A DNA stretch of 54,710 bases from a virus (Duplodnaviria > Caudoviricetes): the IMG/VR virus record IMGVR_UViG_3300028908_000012, positions 1 to 54,710 of that record, one strand, 5' to 3'. The notes under the pieces are model-generated. The model did no database searches and was not told where the DNA came from. It worked only from the letters and a program-made list of their open reading frames with translations. A program made the translations under genes and the position numbers. Shown in pieces: positions 18,789 to 26,638 of the stretch (its first letter is position 1; each line of letters opens with the position of its first letter).

Positions 18789-18870
18789 AATAGCTAAGGC
18801 ACAAGAAAACTGCAATAAAAAATTAGGGAATTAGGGAATGTGGAGATGATTGAGAGTTGTGCCTTAACTA
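18785..18870 (-). ncRNA. Candidate 3'-end sRNA/terminator: 14-bp stem enclosing a 52-nt C/U-rich loop
   Basis: 18791-18804 pairs with 18857-18870, fully paired on the minus strand with one G-U; followed by UUUU; lies between convergent operons. Confidence 0.45.
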
Positions 18871-18885
18871 TGACTACTATACCTA

Positions 18886-19497
18886 CTATGTGATGATAGG
18901 TTCTATAATTTTACCGTTTTCATCTTCTTTTGTCAAGTACCCTGATTTTAATAAGAAATTTTTTAGAATTTCCCAAGCTTTAGGACGCTTTTCGCTGCCG
19001 TCTTTAGTTATTTTCCCATCTTTTTTCTTACTACCTTTGAAACTGTTAGCTTCGCAGACAGCTATTAAAGCGGGATACAGTATATAATTAGATAGTTTAT
19101 TATAACCTTCTTTAGTTACAACTAACATTGTATGTTGTAGTAAGGTACTACCGTCAAGTGCCATACTAAGCATACTATGCTCGACTTCGTACACTTTCTT
19201 TTTATGCTTATTACCTTTAAAAACGGTACCCGCACCCACGAAAGCTACATCCCCAAATTCACATAACATTTTGCAGAGGTTATCTACATTGTTATCTTTT
19301 TGAAAGTTATCCATAGCCTCATATAATTCAGCATACTCCTCGAATAACATCTTCAACTCGTGTATGGTATTGAAGGTAGTATTTTGTCTCTCTTTGTTCC
19401 AATCAGCTATCCATGTGCTGACTTCTATATATACAGGGTTTTGTCTATCTTCTGTATTATCCCAAAGTGTCGTTATATCGTAATCATTTAGTCTCAT
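18886..19497 (-). CDS. MazG-like/PRA-PH nucleotide pyrophosphohydrolase
   Basis: EEYAEL..CEFGDVAFV..VCEANSFK..DGKITK. Confidence 0.8.
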   Translation of the reverse strand: MRLNDYDITTLWDNTEDRQNPVYIEVSTWIADWNKERQNTTFNTIHELKMLFEEYAELYEAMDNFQKDNNVDNLCKMLCEFGDVAFVGAGTVFKGNKHKKKVYEVEHSMLSMALDGSTLLQHTMLVVTKEGYNKLSNYILYPALIAVCEANSFKGSKKKDGKITKDGSEKRPKAWEILKNFLLKSGYLTKEDENGKIIEPIIT

Positions 19498-19530
19498 TAT
19501 TTTCCTTTCTCCACTCCGGTTGTTTAGCCT

Positions 19531-19731
19531 CTATCCATTCCATTTTGATCTCCTCTTATTCATTCTGTATAGCTTAGCCGCTAATCTCTTACGCTTAACA
19601 GCTCGACTATGCTGTGTTAACTGTGTAACTCTGTTCTTACCTCCTTGTGAAGGTACGATCATTGTGTTATCTGCTGTTTTAAGTGCTGCAAGGGCTTTAG
19701 CCAATGCCACACCAATATCTAACCTGTTCAT
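19531..19731 (-). CDS. Hypothetical basic protein
   Basis: Tightly packed operon with SD. Confidence 0.6.
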   Translation of the reverse strand: MNRLDIGVALAKALAALKTADNTMIVPSQGGKNRVTQLTQHSRAVKRKRLAAKLYRMNKRRSKWNG

Positions 19732-19941
19732 TTATCTACTCCTCGTTGTTATAAAGATGCTTCTATCATCCAAATCCTCTTCCGCTAACCCTGCATACTT
19801 CAAGGCTCTTTTGTGAGCTTGATTTCTATGGATACCTTTTGCTCTTAATGTGCTGTAATGCTCTCGATATTCTCTGTTACGCTGCTTCATGCAGTCGTAT
19901 AAATTCTTATCTGGTATTTCAGCCCATGCTGTTTCTGTCAT
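19732..19941 (-). CDS. Hypothetical protein
   Basis: SD GGAGG, abutting neighbours. Confidence 0.65.
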   Translation of the reverse strand: MTETAWAEIPDKNLYDCMKQRNREYREHYSTLRAKGIHRNQAHKRALKYAGLAEEDLDDRSIFITTRSR

Positions 19942-19942
19942 T

Positions 19943-20158
19943 TTAATTACCTCCTTTATACTTTTTTATCCATTGTTCAAGCCCTGTCTCAGCACATATT
20001 CGCTTATGTTCCGGTGCATGAGAAGGACACTCATCATAATACTTATCGTAACGCTCAGCCATTATATCCTTGTTAACGCCATAGTATATCCATAGGCGTT
20101 CCAACACTTGACTCTTGTGTAACTTTTTCGCTGCCATTTCACCCAATCTTCTCAACAT
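19943..20158 (-). CDS. Hypothetical protein
   Basis: Overlaps the upstream gene, SD AAGGA. Confidence 0.6.
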   Translation of the reverse strand: MLRRLGEMAAKKLHKSQVLERLWIYYGVNKDIMAERYDKYYDECPSHAPEHKRICAETGLEQWIKKYKGGN

Positions 20159-20373
20159 TGTAGTTCCTTTAGTAAATATCTTGTTAACTCAAGACCCTTC
20201 CTAATATCCGACAGTAGGCTTTCATCATCGCAGTTAGAGTGTACCAACTTGTAATGATGCTCCTTGCCGGACTCAAGTTTGTATCTCAAAGCCTCTTCAT
20301 AAGTCATATCGCTCAACACTTTGGGGTCAATGTTGTACAACTCCCATGTTGAGCGATGTTTCTTATTTGACAT
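20152..20373 (-). CDS. Hypothetical protein
   Basis: Coupled ORF in operon. Confidence 0.65.
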   Translation of the reverse strand: MSNKKHRSTWELYNIDPKVLSDMTYEEALRYKLESGKEHHYKLVHSNCDDESLLSDIRKGLELTRYLLKELQC

Positions 20374-20833
20374 CTTCCACTATGCAGTCAGCGGCTGACA
20401 CTGATGTATTTAAAGCGTTATCCCAAATAGGCTCTTCTGTATCTATCTCTTCATTGTCGAGATAGTAAAGCCCCTCTTTGTGTATCATAACATCACCGTC
20501 AAACCTCTTACCTGTGCGTAGAGATGTAGCTGTGTACCTTTTATGGGATACAACAGGGATTTCTGTTTTAGTTAGGACTCTTCCTTGTGCATCTACCACC
20601 TCTTCACACCCGTTTACACATATAGTCGTACCGTCTTGTGTAACACCGTATAAAGACCCTCTATCCGCATACACCTTGCTGAAGTTGTACACTGCACCGT
20701 TTAGTTCTACGGTATAACCCTCGTCCTTACTCATCATAGGATCACCCTGTGTTCCTACACTCATCATTTGGGCTACACCCAACAATATCACTATTGACAC
20801 TAACACTAACCCGATTATAAGTTCTATGTTCAT
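20363..20833 (-). CDS. Membrane-anchored hypothetical protein
   Basis: N-terminal TM helix; ATGA coupling. Confidence 0.65.
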   Translation of the reverse strand: MNIELIIGLVLVSIVILLGVAQMMSVGTQGDPMMSKDEGYTVELNGAVYNFSKVYADRGSLYGVTQDGTTICVNGCEEVVDAQGRVLTKTEIPVVSHKRYTATSLRTGKRFDGDVMIHKEGLYYLDNEEIDTEEPIWDNALNTSVSAADCIVEDVK

Positions 20834-20979
20834 CTCTTTCTCCTGTTCGCTTCTTCAACCATACTGTTTATTCTTTGCTTATCACGCTCCGCACTTGCCT
20901 TAGCCCTACGATCCATTTCCTTATCTGCCGCAGAGGCTCTCCCATTGACTATGGCCTCGAATATTCTTACTAATGCCAT
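20830..20979 (-). CDS. Small hypothetical protein, 49 aa (not in ORF track)
   Basis: SD AAGGAG; MALVRIFEAIVNGRASAAD..; stop overlaps the next ATG. Confidence 0.65.
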   Translation of the reverse strand: MALVRIFEAIVNGRASAADKEMDRRAKASAERDKQRINSMVEEANRRKR

Positions 20980-20991
20980 ACGCTTACTCCT

Positions 20992-21087
20992 TTATACTAT
21001 TCTTGTACCACATCTTTTACAGTGGTACACTGTTCTCCAACACGGTACAACATTACGATGTCCGCACACCTCGCACTTAATCCACAT
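20992..21087 (-). CDS. Zinc-ribbon microprotein, 31 aa (not in ORF track)
   Basis: MWIKCEVCGHRNVVPCWRTVYHCKRCGTRIV, two CxxC pairs. Confidence 0.6.
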   Translation of the reverse strand: MWIKCEVCGHRNVVPCWRTVYHCKRCGTRIV

Positions 21088-21193
21088 AGCTTTTCTTACA
21101 CTCTATGCAGACTACATCGTCCACCACTTTAGGTGCGTGTACCCATTTGCCACACGCCTGACACCTTATCCAATGATAATCATCGTTAATCAT
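21077..21193 (-). CDS. Zinc-ribbon microprotein, 38 aa (not in ORF track)
   Basis: MINDDYHWIRCQACGKWVHAPKVVDDVVCIECKKSYVD; SD GGAGG; TGATG coupling. Confidence 0.7.
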   Translation of the reverse strand: MINDDYHWIRCQACGKWVHAPKVVDDVVCIECKKSYVD

Positions 21194-21327
21194 CAGCTTA
21201 TCCTCCAAGTATTCTTTGATTTTATGTTTCTCTCCTGCTTACATTTGGTACAATAACCTCTCATACCACAGCGGGTTGTTATCTCTGTGCCGCACACGAC
21301 ACATATAAAAATTTCTTCTGCTGTCAT
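21193..21327 (-). CDS. Zinc-ribbon microprotein, 44 aa (not in ORF track)
   Basis: MTAEEIFICVVCGTEITTRCGMRGYCTKCKQERN..; SD AGGAGG. Confidence 0.7.
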   Translation of the reverse strand: MTAEEIFICVVCGTEITTRCGMRGYCTKCKQERNIKSKNTWRIS

Positions 21328-21336
21328 CTGATCCTC

Positions 21337-22056
21337 CTAATTGTAGATAAACTTTCTCCCGAATTGGAAAGTACCTTTAATATCCTCCTGCAAATAGCCC
21401 TTATGACTATAAAGGATATTGTTTTGCCAAAGGACATTTTCGAGTTTAGCTCCGATCTTGATTTCGAGGCCTCTATTACCTCTTCCCAAACCGTTAGTAT
21501 CACGGTAATAAAATCCCCTTACTTTTTTCTTACCATTGATACGAGCTTCTATATAACTCCACCCATCGATGGAGTTTTTGGGATTATTTTTAAACGCCAC
21601 TATTCTATTGCCTATCATCAAATCTATAACAATGTAATCACCTGCACTCGCTAATGTAAGCCCACCACACGGGTTTCGTAGCATAGCCCATTGTAGGTTA
21701 TGTACATACGAACTAAGGCTCTTATGGTGATCCCTAATCCAATACAGATCACCTAGTGCATCTTTACTATTCCTGTACCATTTGAAAGGAATATCTTTTG
21801 TTTTATACTCCGCTACTCCTGTCTTAGGGTTTAATGATACATTGCTGTAACCATATTGCGACCTGAGCCATTGGTAGTATTCCGTGTTGTCTCCTACATA
21901 CCTTTTGTGTGGATATGTGCGCTTGAACAGTAGCCCAATGGGTACTGCCGCTAAGCCTAATACGGCACATAAGAGTTTCTTAGCTCCCTCTTTTGCGTAC
22001 CATTGAAAGGCTCTATTTGAGTACTTAAGTACTAACTTCTTGTCTTGTGCTGTCAT
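21337..22056 (-). CDS. Conserved phage membrane-associated protein (W..RNP motif family)
   Basis: Hydrophobic segment near the N-terminus, LQWAMLRNP motif; strong SD. Confidence 0.5.
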   Translation of the reverse strand: MTAQDKKLVLKYSNRAFQWYAKEGAKKLLCAVLGLAAVPIGLLFKRTYPHKRYVGDNTEYYQWLRSQYGYSNVSLNPKTGVAEYKTKDIPFKWYRNSKDALGDLYWIRDHHKSLSSYVHNLQWAMLRNPCGGLTLASAGDYIVIDLMIGNRIVAFKNNPKNSIDGWSYIEARINGKKKVRGFYYRDTNGLGRGNRGLEIKIGAKLENVLWQNNILYSHKGYLQEDIKGTFQFGRKFIYN

Positions 22057-22070
22057 ATATCCTCCTTTAA

Positions 22071-22116
22071 ATAAGATTGGTAAGAGAGGTCATACAACCC
22101 CTCTAATCAGTCTTAT
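22071..22116. promoter_or_regulatory. Long intergenic hairpin (21-bp imperfect stem) between a stop codon and an SD
   Basis: ATAAGATTGGTAAGAGAGGTC-ATAC-AACCCCTCTAATCAGTCTTAT. Confidence 0.65.
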
Positions 22117-22178
22117 TATAGATCGTCGAGGTTTGGATTTACCTCTTCAATTTCAGGCTCGTTCTCTTTACCACCCAT
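22116..22178 (-). CDS. Acidic 20-aa peptide (not in ORF track)
   Basis: SD AAGGAGG; MGGKENEPEIEEVNPNLDDL. Confidence 0.45.
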   Translation of the reverse strand: MGGKENEPEIEEVNPNLDDL

Positions 22179-22356
22179 TACATCCTCCTTTTTTATAGCT
22201 TATAACAAGCTGTTTACTTGTTGAGTCATAATATACATCCTCTACGGCAAAGAGGAGTTTCATATCACCTTCAACCACAATCTTTATATCGTTAAAGAAA
22301 TACTCTGATCTTTGAGCTTCCTCTTTTAGTTTTGCGATAAAATTATCATAGGTCAT
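22168..22356 (-). CDS. Hypothetical protein
   Basis: Start at MTYDNF by ATGA coupling. Confidence 0.6.
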   Translation of the reverse strand: MTYDNFIAKLKEEAQRSEYFFNDIKIVVEGDMKLLFAVEDVYYDSTSKQLVISYKKGGCNGW

Positions 22357-22469
22357 TTTTTCCTCTCTTCCCATTTCTTCCTATTATACTCTTTAATTCG
22401 TTTTGCATCTTCGCCGGTGTATGTGCCGGTGTTTTCCTGCAAAGTGTCGATTTTACTACGCTTACTCAT
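22353..22469 (-). CDS. Small hypothetical protein, 38 aa (not in ORF track)
   Basis: SD GGAGG; fills the gap between coupled neighbours. Confidence 0.6.
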   Translation of the reverse strand: MSKRSKIDTLQENTGTYTGEDAKRIKEYNRKKWEERKK

Positions 22470-22679
22470 TTACTTATCCTCCAAATAGTCGATTAAGTCC
22501 TCCATAGGATCAAGTGGCTCATCATCACAACACATGACAGACTCAATCCATTCAGGGGGATTTATATCCTCATCTTCATGGTAGTCGGGTGTGCTACACC
22601 TACCCACCTCTTCACCGTATATTGGATAATGCTCATCTATTGCGTCTAGCAAATCCTCACAACTCTCACAGTAAACCAT
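22470..22679 (-). CDS. Highly acidic Cys-containing small protein
   Basis: Asp/Glu-rich, CESC and CC; SD AAGGAG. Confidence 0.65.
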   Translation of the reverse strand: MVYCESCEDLLDAIDEHYPIYGEEVGRCSTPDYHEDEDINPPEWIESVMCCDDEPLDPMEDLIDYLEDK

Positions 22680-22860
22680 GTCTCTCCTTTCTCTCTAATT
22701 CCTCTATGTATTGTTCAACAGCAGCATTAAACAACAGGCGGTCAAAACCACTGTCGCTCAATAGCTTCTGTAACTCTGCTCTTGCCTGTGCTTCAGAGGT
22801 GCAGTAAGGCTTTATCGCCTCTACTGCGTCCGTGAAGTCGTTGAGCATACCGGAAGACAT
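22666..22860 (-). CDS. Hypothetical protein
   Basis: Coupled ORF. Confidence 0.6.
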   Translation of the reverse strand: MSSGMLNDFTDAVEAIKPYCTSEAQARAELQKLLSDSGFDRLLFNAAVEQYIEELERKERHGLL

Positions 22861-23492
22861 TATCTGTCTCCGGTGTGTACTCTTATGGGGTCGTCTCCCT
22901 CTTGAACATAGTAACCTGTGTATATATTCTTCATTACAGCTACTTCATAGCCGTAGTGATAGAGATGCTCATATATAGTCTTCATGTCCTCCTGTGCTTC
23001 CGCACCTGCTAGATAGGGGATAGACTGTCTCGAACTGAAATAGATAGAGTCATCTATCCAATTCCTGTGATAGGTGATGTAAGACTCTCTTCTACTGTCT
23101 CCTATTTGATTACCCCATGTGGCTAATGTAGCCCCATCATAGACATTAAACAGTGCGAATATGCTGTTCTCCAATGTTTTTATAGGAAATGCGGGTGTAT
23201 CAATTTGAGCTTCTTTCAGCTTTGCCACAAACTCCCTGCTTGATACAAAATTCCCTACTATTTGCGGCATTGTGAGTTCACCACTACCCAATCTATCAAG
23301 CCAAAACTCTAATCCTGTGTCGCCATTTTGGTACGCCGGTCTATTGAGTAGGCTGTTATACATCGTCTTAACACTATTGCACTGCTCCACTGTAACATTA
23401 TATTTAGCGCTAAGCGCTTGACAACTAGGGATGCAACTACCTGCGGTAGCAACCAATGCCCAAAAGGCTACTATAAAAAATACTCTTTTCAT
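22860..23492 (-). CDS. Exported protein with DUF4214-like (S-layer-associated) domain
   Basis: Signal peptide MKRVFFIVAFWALVATA; MYNSLLNRPA..GLEFWLDRL..IVGNFVSSREF. Confidence 0.7.
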   Translation of the reverse strand: MKRVFFIVAFWALVATAGSCIPSCQALSAKYNVTVEQCNSVKTMYNSLLNRPAYQNGDTGLEFWLDRLGSGELTMPQIVGNFVSSREFVAKLKEAQIDTPAFPIKTLENSIFALFNVYDGATLATWGNQIGDSRRESYITYHRNWIDDSIYFSSRQSIPYLAGAEAQEDMKTIYEHLYHYGYEVAVMKNIYTGYYVQEGDDPIRVHTGDR

Positions 23493-23689
23493 GTTAACTC
23501 CATTTTTAATTTTTCTATATAACTTTCTACAACAGGTTTTAACGCCTGTGCAAATCTGACTACTATATGTGGTAGCTCCTCAGTATAACTCATCTCCTCT
23601 GCTATATCTGCGAGGTACTCCGCCTCTTGAATAGCTGTAGAGGTTAACTCCCCATCGAGGTTAGTAAATGTATCAGTTAAACTACTCAT
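23489..23689 (-). CDS. Hypothetical acidic protein
   Basis: ATGA-coupled. Confidence 0.6.
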   Translation of the reverse strand: MSSLTDTFTNLDGELTSTAIQEAEYLADIAEEMSYTEELPHIVVRFAQALKPVVESYIEKLKMELT

Positions 23690-23937
23690 AGCACTAACTG
23701 TCCTCCAACTAACAAGCGAGTTACTAAGTCCTCTGTTGATTTTATACCCATTTCATGAGCAACATAACCCAACTTAAGTAAAGAGTACTCTTTGGGTACA
23801 TTCTTTCGGCGTAGCGATATAGCCGCTGCCGTCCTGCCGATTAGGTCGGCGACTTTCTGATCAGAGGCATTGATTATTGTTAAAGCATTTTTTATTTTAC
23901 GCTCTAACACCTCATCTCTATATACATCATTTTTCAC
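23686..23937 (-). CDS. Putative helix-turn-helix regulator
   Basis: SDQKVADLIGRTAAAISLRRK HTH pattern. Confidence 0.6.
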   Translation of the reverse strand: MKNDVYRDEVLERKIKNALTIINASDQKVADLIGRTAAAISLRRKNVPKEYSLLKLGYVAHEMGIKSTEDLVTRLLVGGQLVL

Positions 23938-24280
23938 TCTTAAAACTCCTTCTTATATATTTTTTCTTATAAATAATATGGGATTTTGGTTTCCGTTTAC
24001 TCTTTAAAGTAACTAAAACCGCAATCAACTCCGCTATATCATCCTCGTAAACTACGAGGGATACACCACCATTCTCATGCCATTCTGACAAAAACTTCTC
24101 TTGTTGAGGCCTTAGGCTGTCTTTGCCTGTCTTGACCTCTATCGCAAGAGGAGTTCCTGCGATAGTTCCTAGTATATCGACACTGTTAGGTGTTGATGCT
24201 ACCACTTTGGTAGCTATCCCACCTAATTGTGCGATATTAGAGATTATTCGACTTTCGATAGCCGAGTGTATTTTACTTAT
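23927..24280 (-). CDS. VRR-NUC/Holliday junction resolvase, probable ATA start
   Basis: VDILG..AIEVKT..LRPQQEKFL; family-like N-terminal helix extends in frame to ATA at 24280, 5 nt after AAGGAGG. Confidence 0.8.
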   Translation of the reverse strand: MSKIHSAIESRIISNIAQLGGIATKVVASTPNSVDILGTIAGTPLAIEVKTGKDSLRPQQEKFLSEWHENGGVSLVVYEDDIAELIAVLVTLKSKRKPKSHIIYKKKYIRRSFKSEK

Positions 24281-24306
24281 ATCTCCCTCCTTCTTGTGAT
24301 ATTGGT

Positions 24307-24348
24307 ATTATACAGTAACTATACTTAAATACATCTTAAACATAGTTA
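24307..24348 (-). promoter_or_regulatory. Sigma70 promoter, TTAAG-periodic class
   Basis: Minus strand TTTAAGatgtaTTTAAGtatagttactgTATAAT; similar copies at 29015, 33515, 42223. Confidence 0.7.
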
Positions 24349-25656
24349 AAAATCAAAGAACTTTTTAGCGTTTTCATAAACGCTATCCGTGAAGCTCTTT
24401 TTAGCCTCCGTGAGAGTTTTATACATAGCTTCACTTACACCATTTTTAGCTAACAGGTAATCCACCTGTATAGCTTCTTTCCTATCCTTATTAGCCTGTC
24501 TCACCATGCTTTGAATGAAGACATCTCGTCTCCAATTAAAGCTGTATATAACAAGCTTTTTATATTGACTTAGATCAACTCCGAAGGCATTAGCTGTTAT
24601 TTGGAGTATTTTAGCTTTTTTATAATACCTACTTAGTAACTCTTTTTCCAATATAAAATTGTGCATTATAACCATATCAGGGCTATCAGGGTAATTCTGT
24701 AACAAATAGTTGAGCTTAGCACATTTAAAGAAAAATTTATATGTCTCCGGCTTGACATCCTCCCATATAAGACCAAGCTCATCAGCCTGTTTCTTTGTGG
24801 AAATAGATATAAACTTACCATTTATAGTAGGTATTTTATACTTCTTAGTAAATTTTAATGTTCCGCCCTCTATTTGCTGTATCTTTTGTTTTTCGTCCGC
24901 CGGACTAATCGCCTCTACGATTATATTATCGATAACCAACTCTCTATAATCCATCATGTTTTTAGAGAGTTCTTTCGTTATTTTTAGGTTCTCTATGTAG
25001 ATAGGGTTTACGACAGGCTCTACAAAACCTAAGTCCTTCCTATCTAATACAATGAGTTGAGGAGTTATCCACTGTTCCAACTCCGGACGGGTTTTATCGT
25101 AGCTCGGAATTGTATATCCGGCTTTGATATATTTCTTATCCGGTATCCCATAATAAGCGAAAAAGTCGTAAAAATCCCTAAACTCCTTGAACGGACTATA
25201 CTTAGTCAGTTGTAAAGGGTGGAATATTTGACTAAAACTCTTAGGGTGCGGAGTTGCCGATAACAGGATAAGAGGTTTATCATAGGTGATTGCTCTTACC
25301 TTTGTATAGGTCTTACCTGTATCGGGATACGCTGATATGTTCTTGTGTGCCTCGTCCACAATAACAATATCAGGGTTGGTATTCTTGACTTTGTGGATAC
25401 TCTCATAATTAATCAGCTCGACTTTTATAGAGAAATATCCTTCAAAGATATTCATTATCTCCTTCCACCCTTTAATAGCCTTTTTAAGGGTTATTATCAA
25501 TACACTGCCATTAGGGTAGTAGTAATTTGCCGCAAATAAAGCGGGAGCGGACTTACCTACCCTCTCTTTTGCTGCTAAATATGCCCACCCCTTATAATAG
25601 AGGTGTTGTACCGTACTCCAAAACAAAGGTACTTGATAATCATAAAGAGAGGGCAT
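24346..25656 (-). CDS. SF2 (SNF2-like) helicase
   Basis: RVGKS Walker A-like, INYES, IVDEAH, LLSATP. Confidence 0.85.
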   Translation of the reverse strand: MPSLYDYQVPLFWSTVQHLYYKGWAYLAAKERVGKSAPALFAANYYYPNGSVLIITLKKAIKGWKEIMNIFEGYFSIKVELINYESIHKVKNTNPDIVIVDEAHKNISAYPDTGKTYTKVRAITYDKPLILLSATPHPKSFSQIFHPLQLTKYSPFKEFRDFYDFFAYYGIPDKKYIKAGYTIPSYDKTRPELEQWITPQLIVLDRKDLGFVEPVVNPIYIENLKITKELSKNMMDYRELVIDNIIVEAISPADEKQKIQQIEGGTLKFTKKYKIPTINGKFISISTKKQADELGLIWEDVKPETYKFFFKCAKLNYLLQNYPDSPDMVIMHNFILEKELLSRYYKKAKILQITANAFGVDLSQYKKLVIYSFNWRRDVFIQSMVRQANKDRKEAIQVDYLLAKNGVSEAMYKTLTEAKKSFTDSVYENAKKFFDF

Positions 25657-26638
25657 TTTCCACCTCTTTTAATAACATAGCTATTACAGGAGCGGTCATC
25701 GTATTACCTAACTGCTTATAGGCTTGTGCGTCGCTCACAGGAAACATAAAAGTATCGGGGAAACCTTGTAATCTTGCACACTCCCTAACAGATAATTTCC
25801 TTAGTTTAGTGTAATCACTCTCGTTAACAGGATACCACTGATCCTTCCCCGATGTAGTGATTAGTGTAGGGGCAATACCTCTGGTAGAATACACACGAGC
25901 TGATGTAGAGGTTTGTACACGATCCATTTTAACCCCTACTCGTATAAGTGTTCCCTGCCAATTAGCGTACTGTCGTGCAAGTTGACAGACCGCTATATCG
26001 GGGTCTATCGCTATTGTGCCGTCTCTTGCTTTAGGTACATGCTTCTCCCACGCTCTGCTTATGATTAAATCAGGATCGGGATTAGGCTCTAATATATCCT
26101 TCACCTTAAACTTTAGTGGGATAGGATCAGGAAACTTAAACCTATCTGCATGTACTTTGTTTATGAAGCCAATAATAAACACACGAGGCCTTGATTGCGG
26201 TACACCATAATCCTTAGAATTTAATACCTTATATTTAACATGATAACCTAATGTTTGAGTTAATATGTTAAATATTGTATCAAAGTCTTTACCCTTACGA
26301 GACGATAATAAACCCCTAACATTTTCCGCTATAAATGCAGGGGGTTGACTTTCTTGTATGATCCTCGCACCTTCATAAAACAGAGAACCTCTTAGACCTC
26401 TCAAACCTAATCTCTTACCTTGTATAGAGTAATCTTGACACGGAAAACCCCACACAAGACAATCATAAGCCCCTCTGTATTGGATAGCAGAGAAGTTCTT
26501 AACATCATGATACAAAGTAGTATCGTGGTTCTCTTTATAGGTTCTTCGTGCGTGTTTATCTATCTCACACCCGAACAGGCAATCGGGGTAAGATATTTCA
26601 GGCGCTCCGATACCTGAAAACAGCGTGGCTATTGTCAT
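25640..26638 (-). CDS. dcm: DNA (cytosine-5)-methyltransferase
   Basis: LFSGIG, GFPCQ, ENV, PQSRPRVF, RECARLQGFPD, YKQLGN. Confidence 0.95.
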   Translation of the reverse strand: MTIATLFSGIGAPEISYPDCLFGCEIDKHARRTYKENHDTTLYHDVKNFSAIQYRGAYDCLVWGFPCQDYSIQGKRLGLRGLRGSLFYEGARIIQESQPPAFIAENVRGLLSSRKGKDFDTIFNILTQTLGYHVKYKVLNSKDYGVPQSRPRVFIIGFINKVHADRFKFPDPIPLKFKVKDILEPNPDPDLIISRAWEKHVPKARDGTIAIDPDIAVCQLARQYANWQGTLIRVGVKMDRVQTSTSARVYSTRGIAPTLITTSGKDQWYPVNESDYTKLRKLSVRECARLQGFPDTFMFPVSDAQAYKQLGNTMTAPVIAMLLKEVENALSL

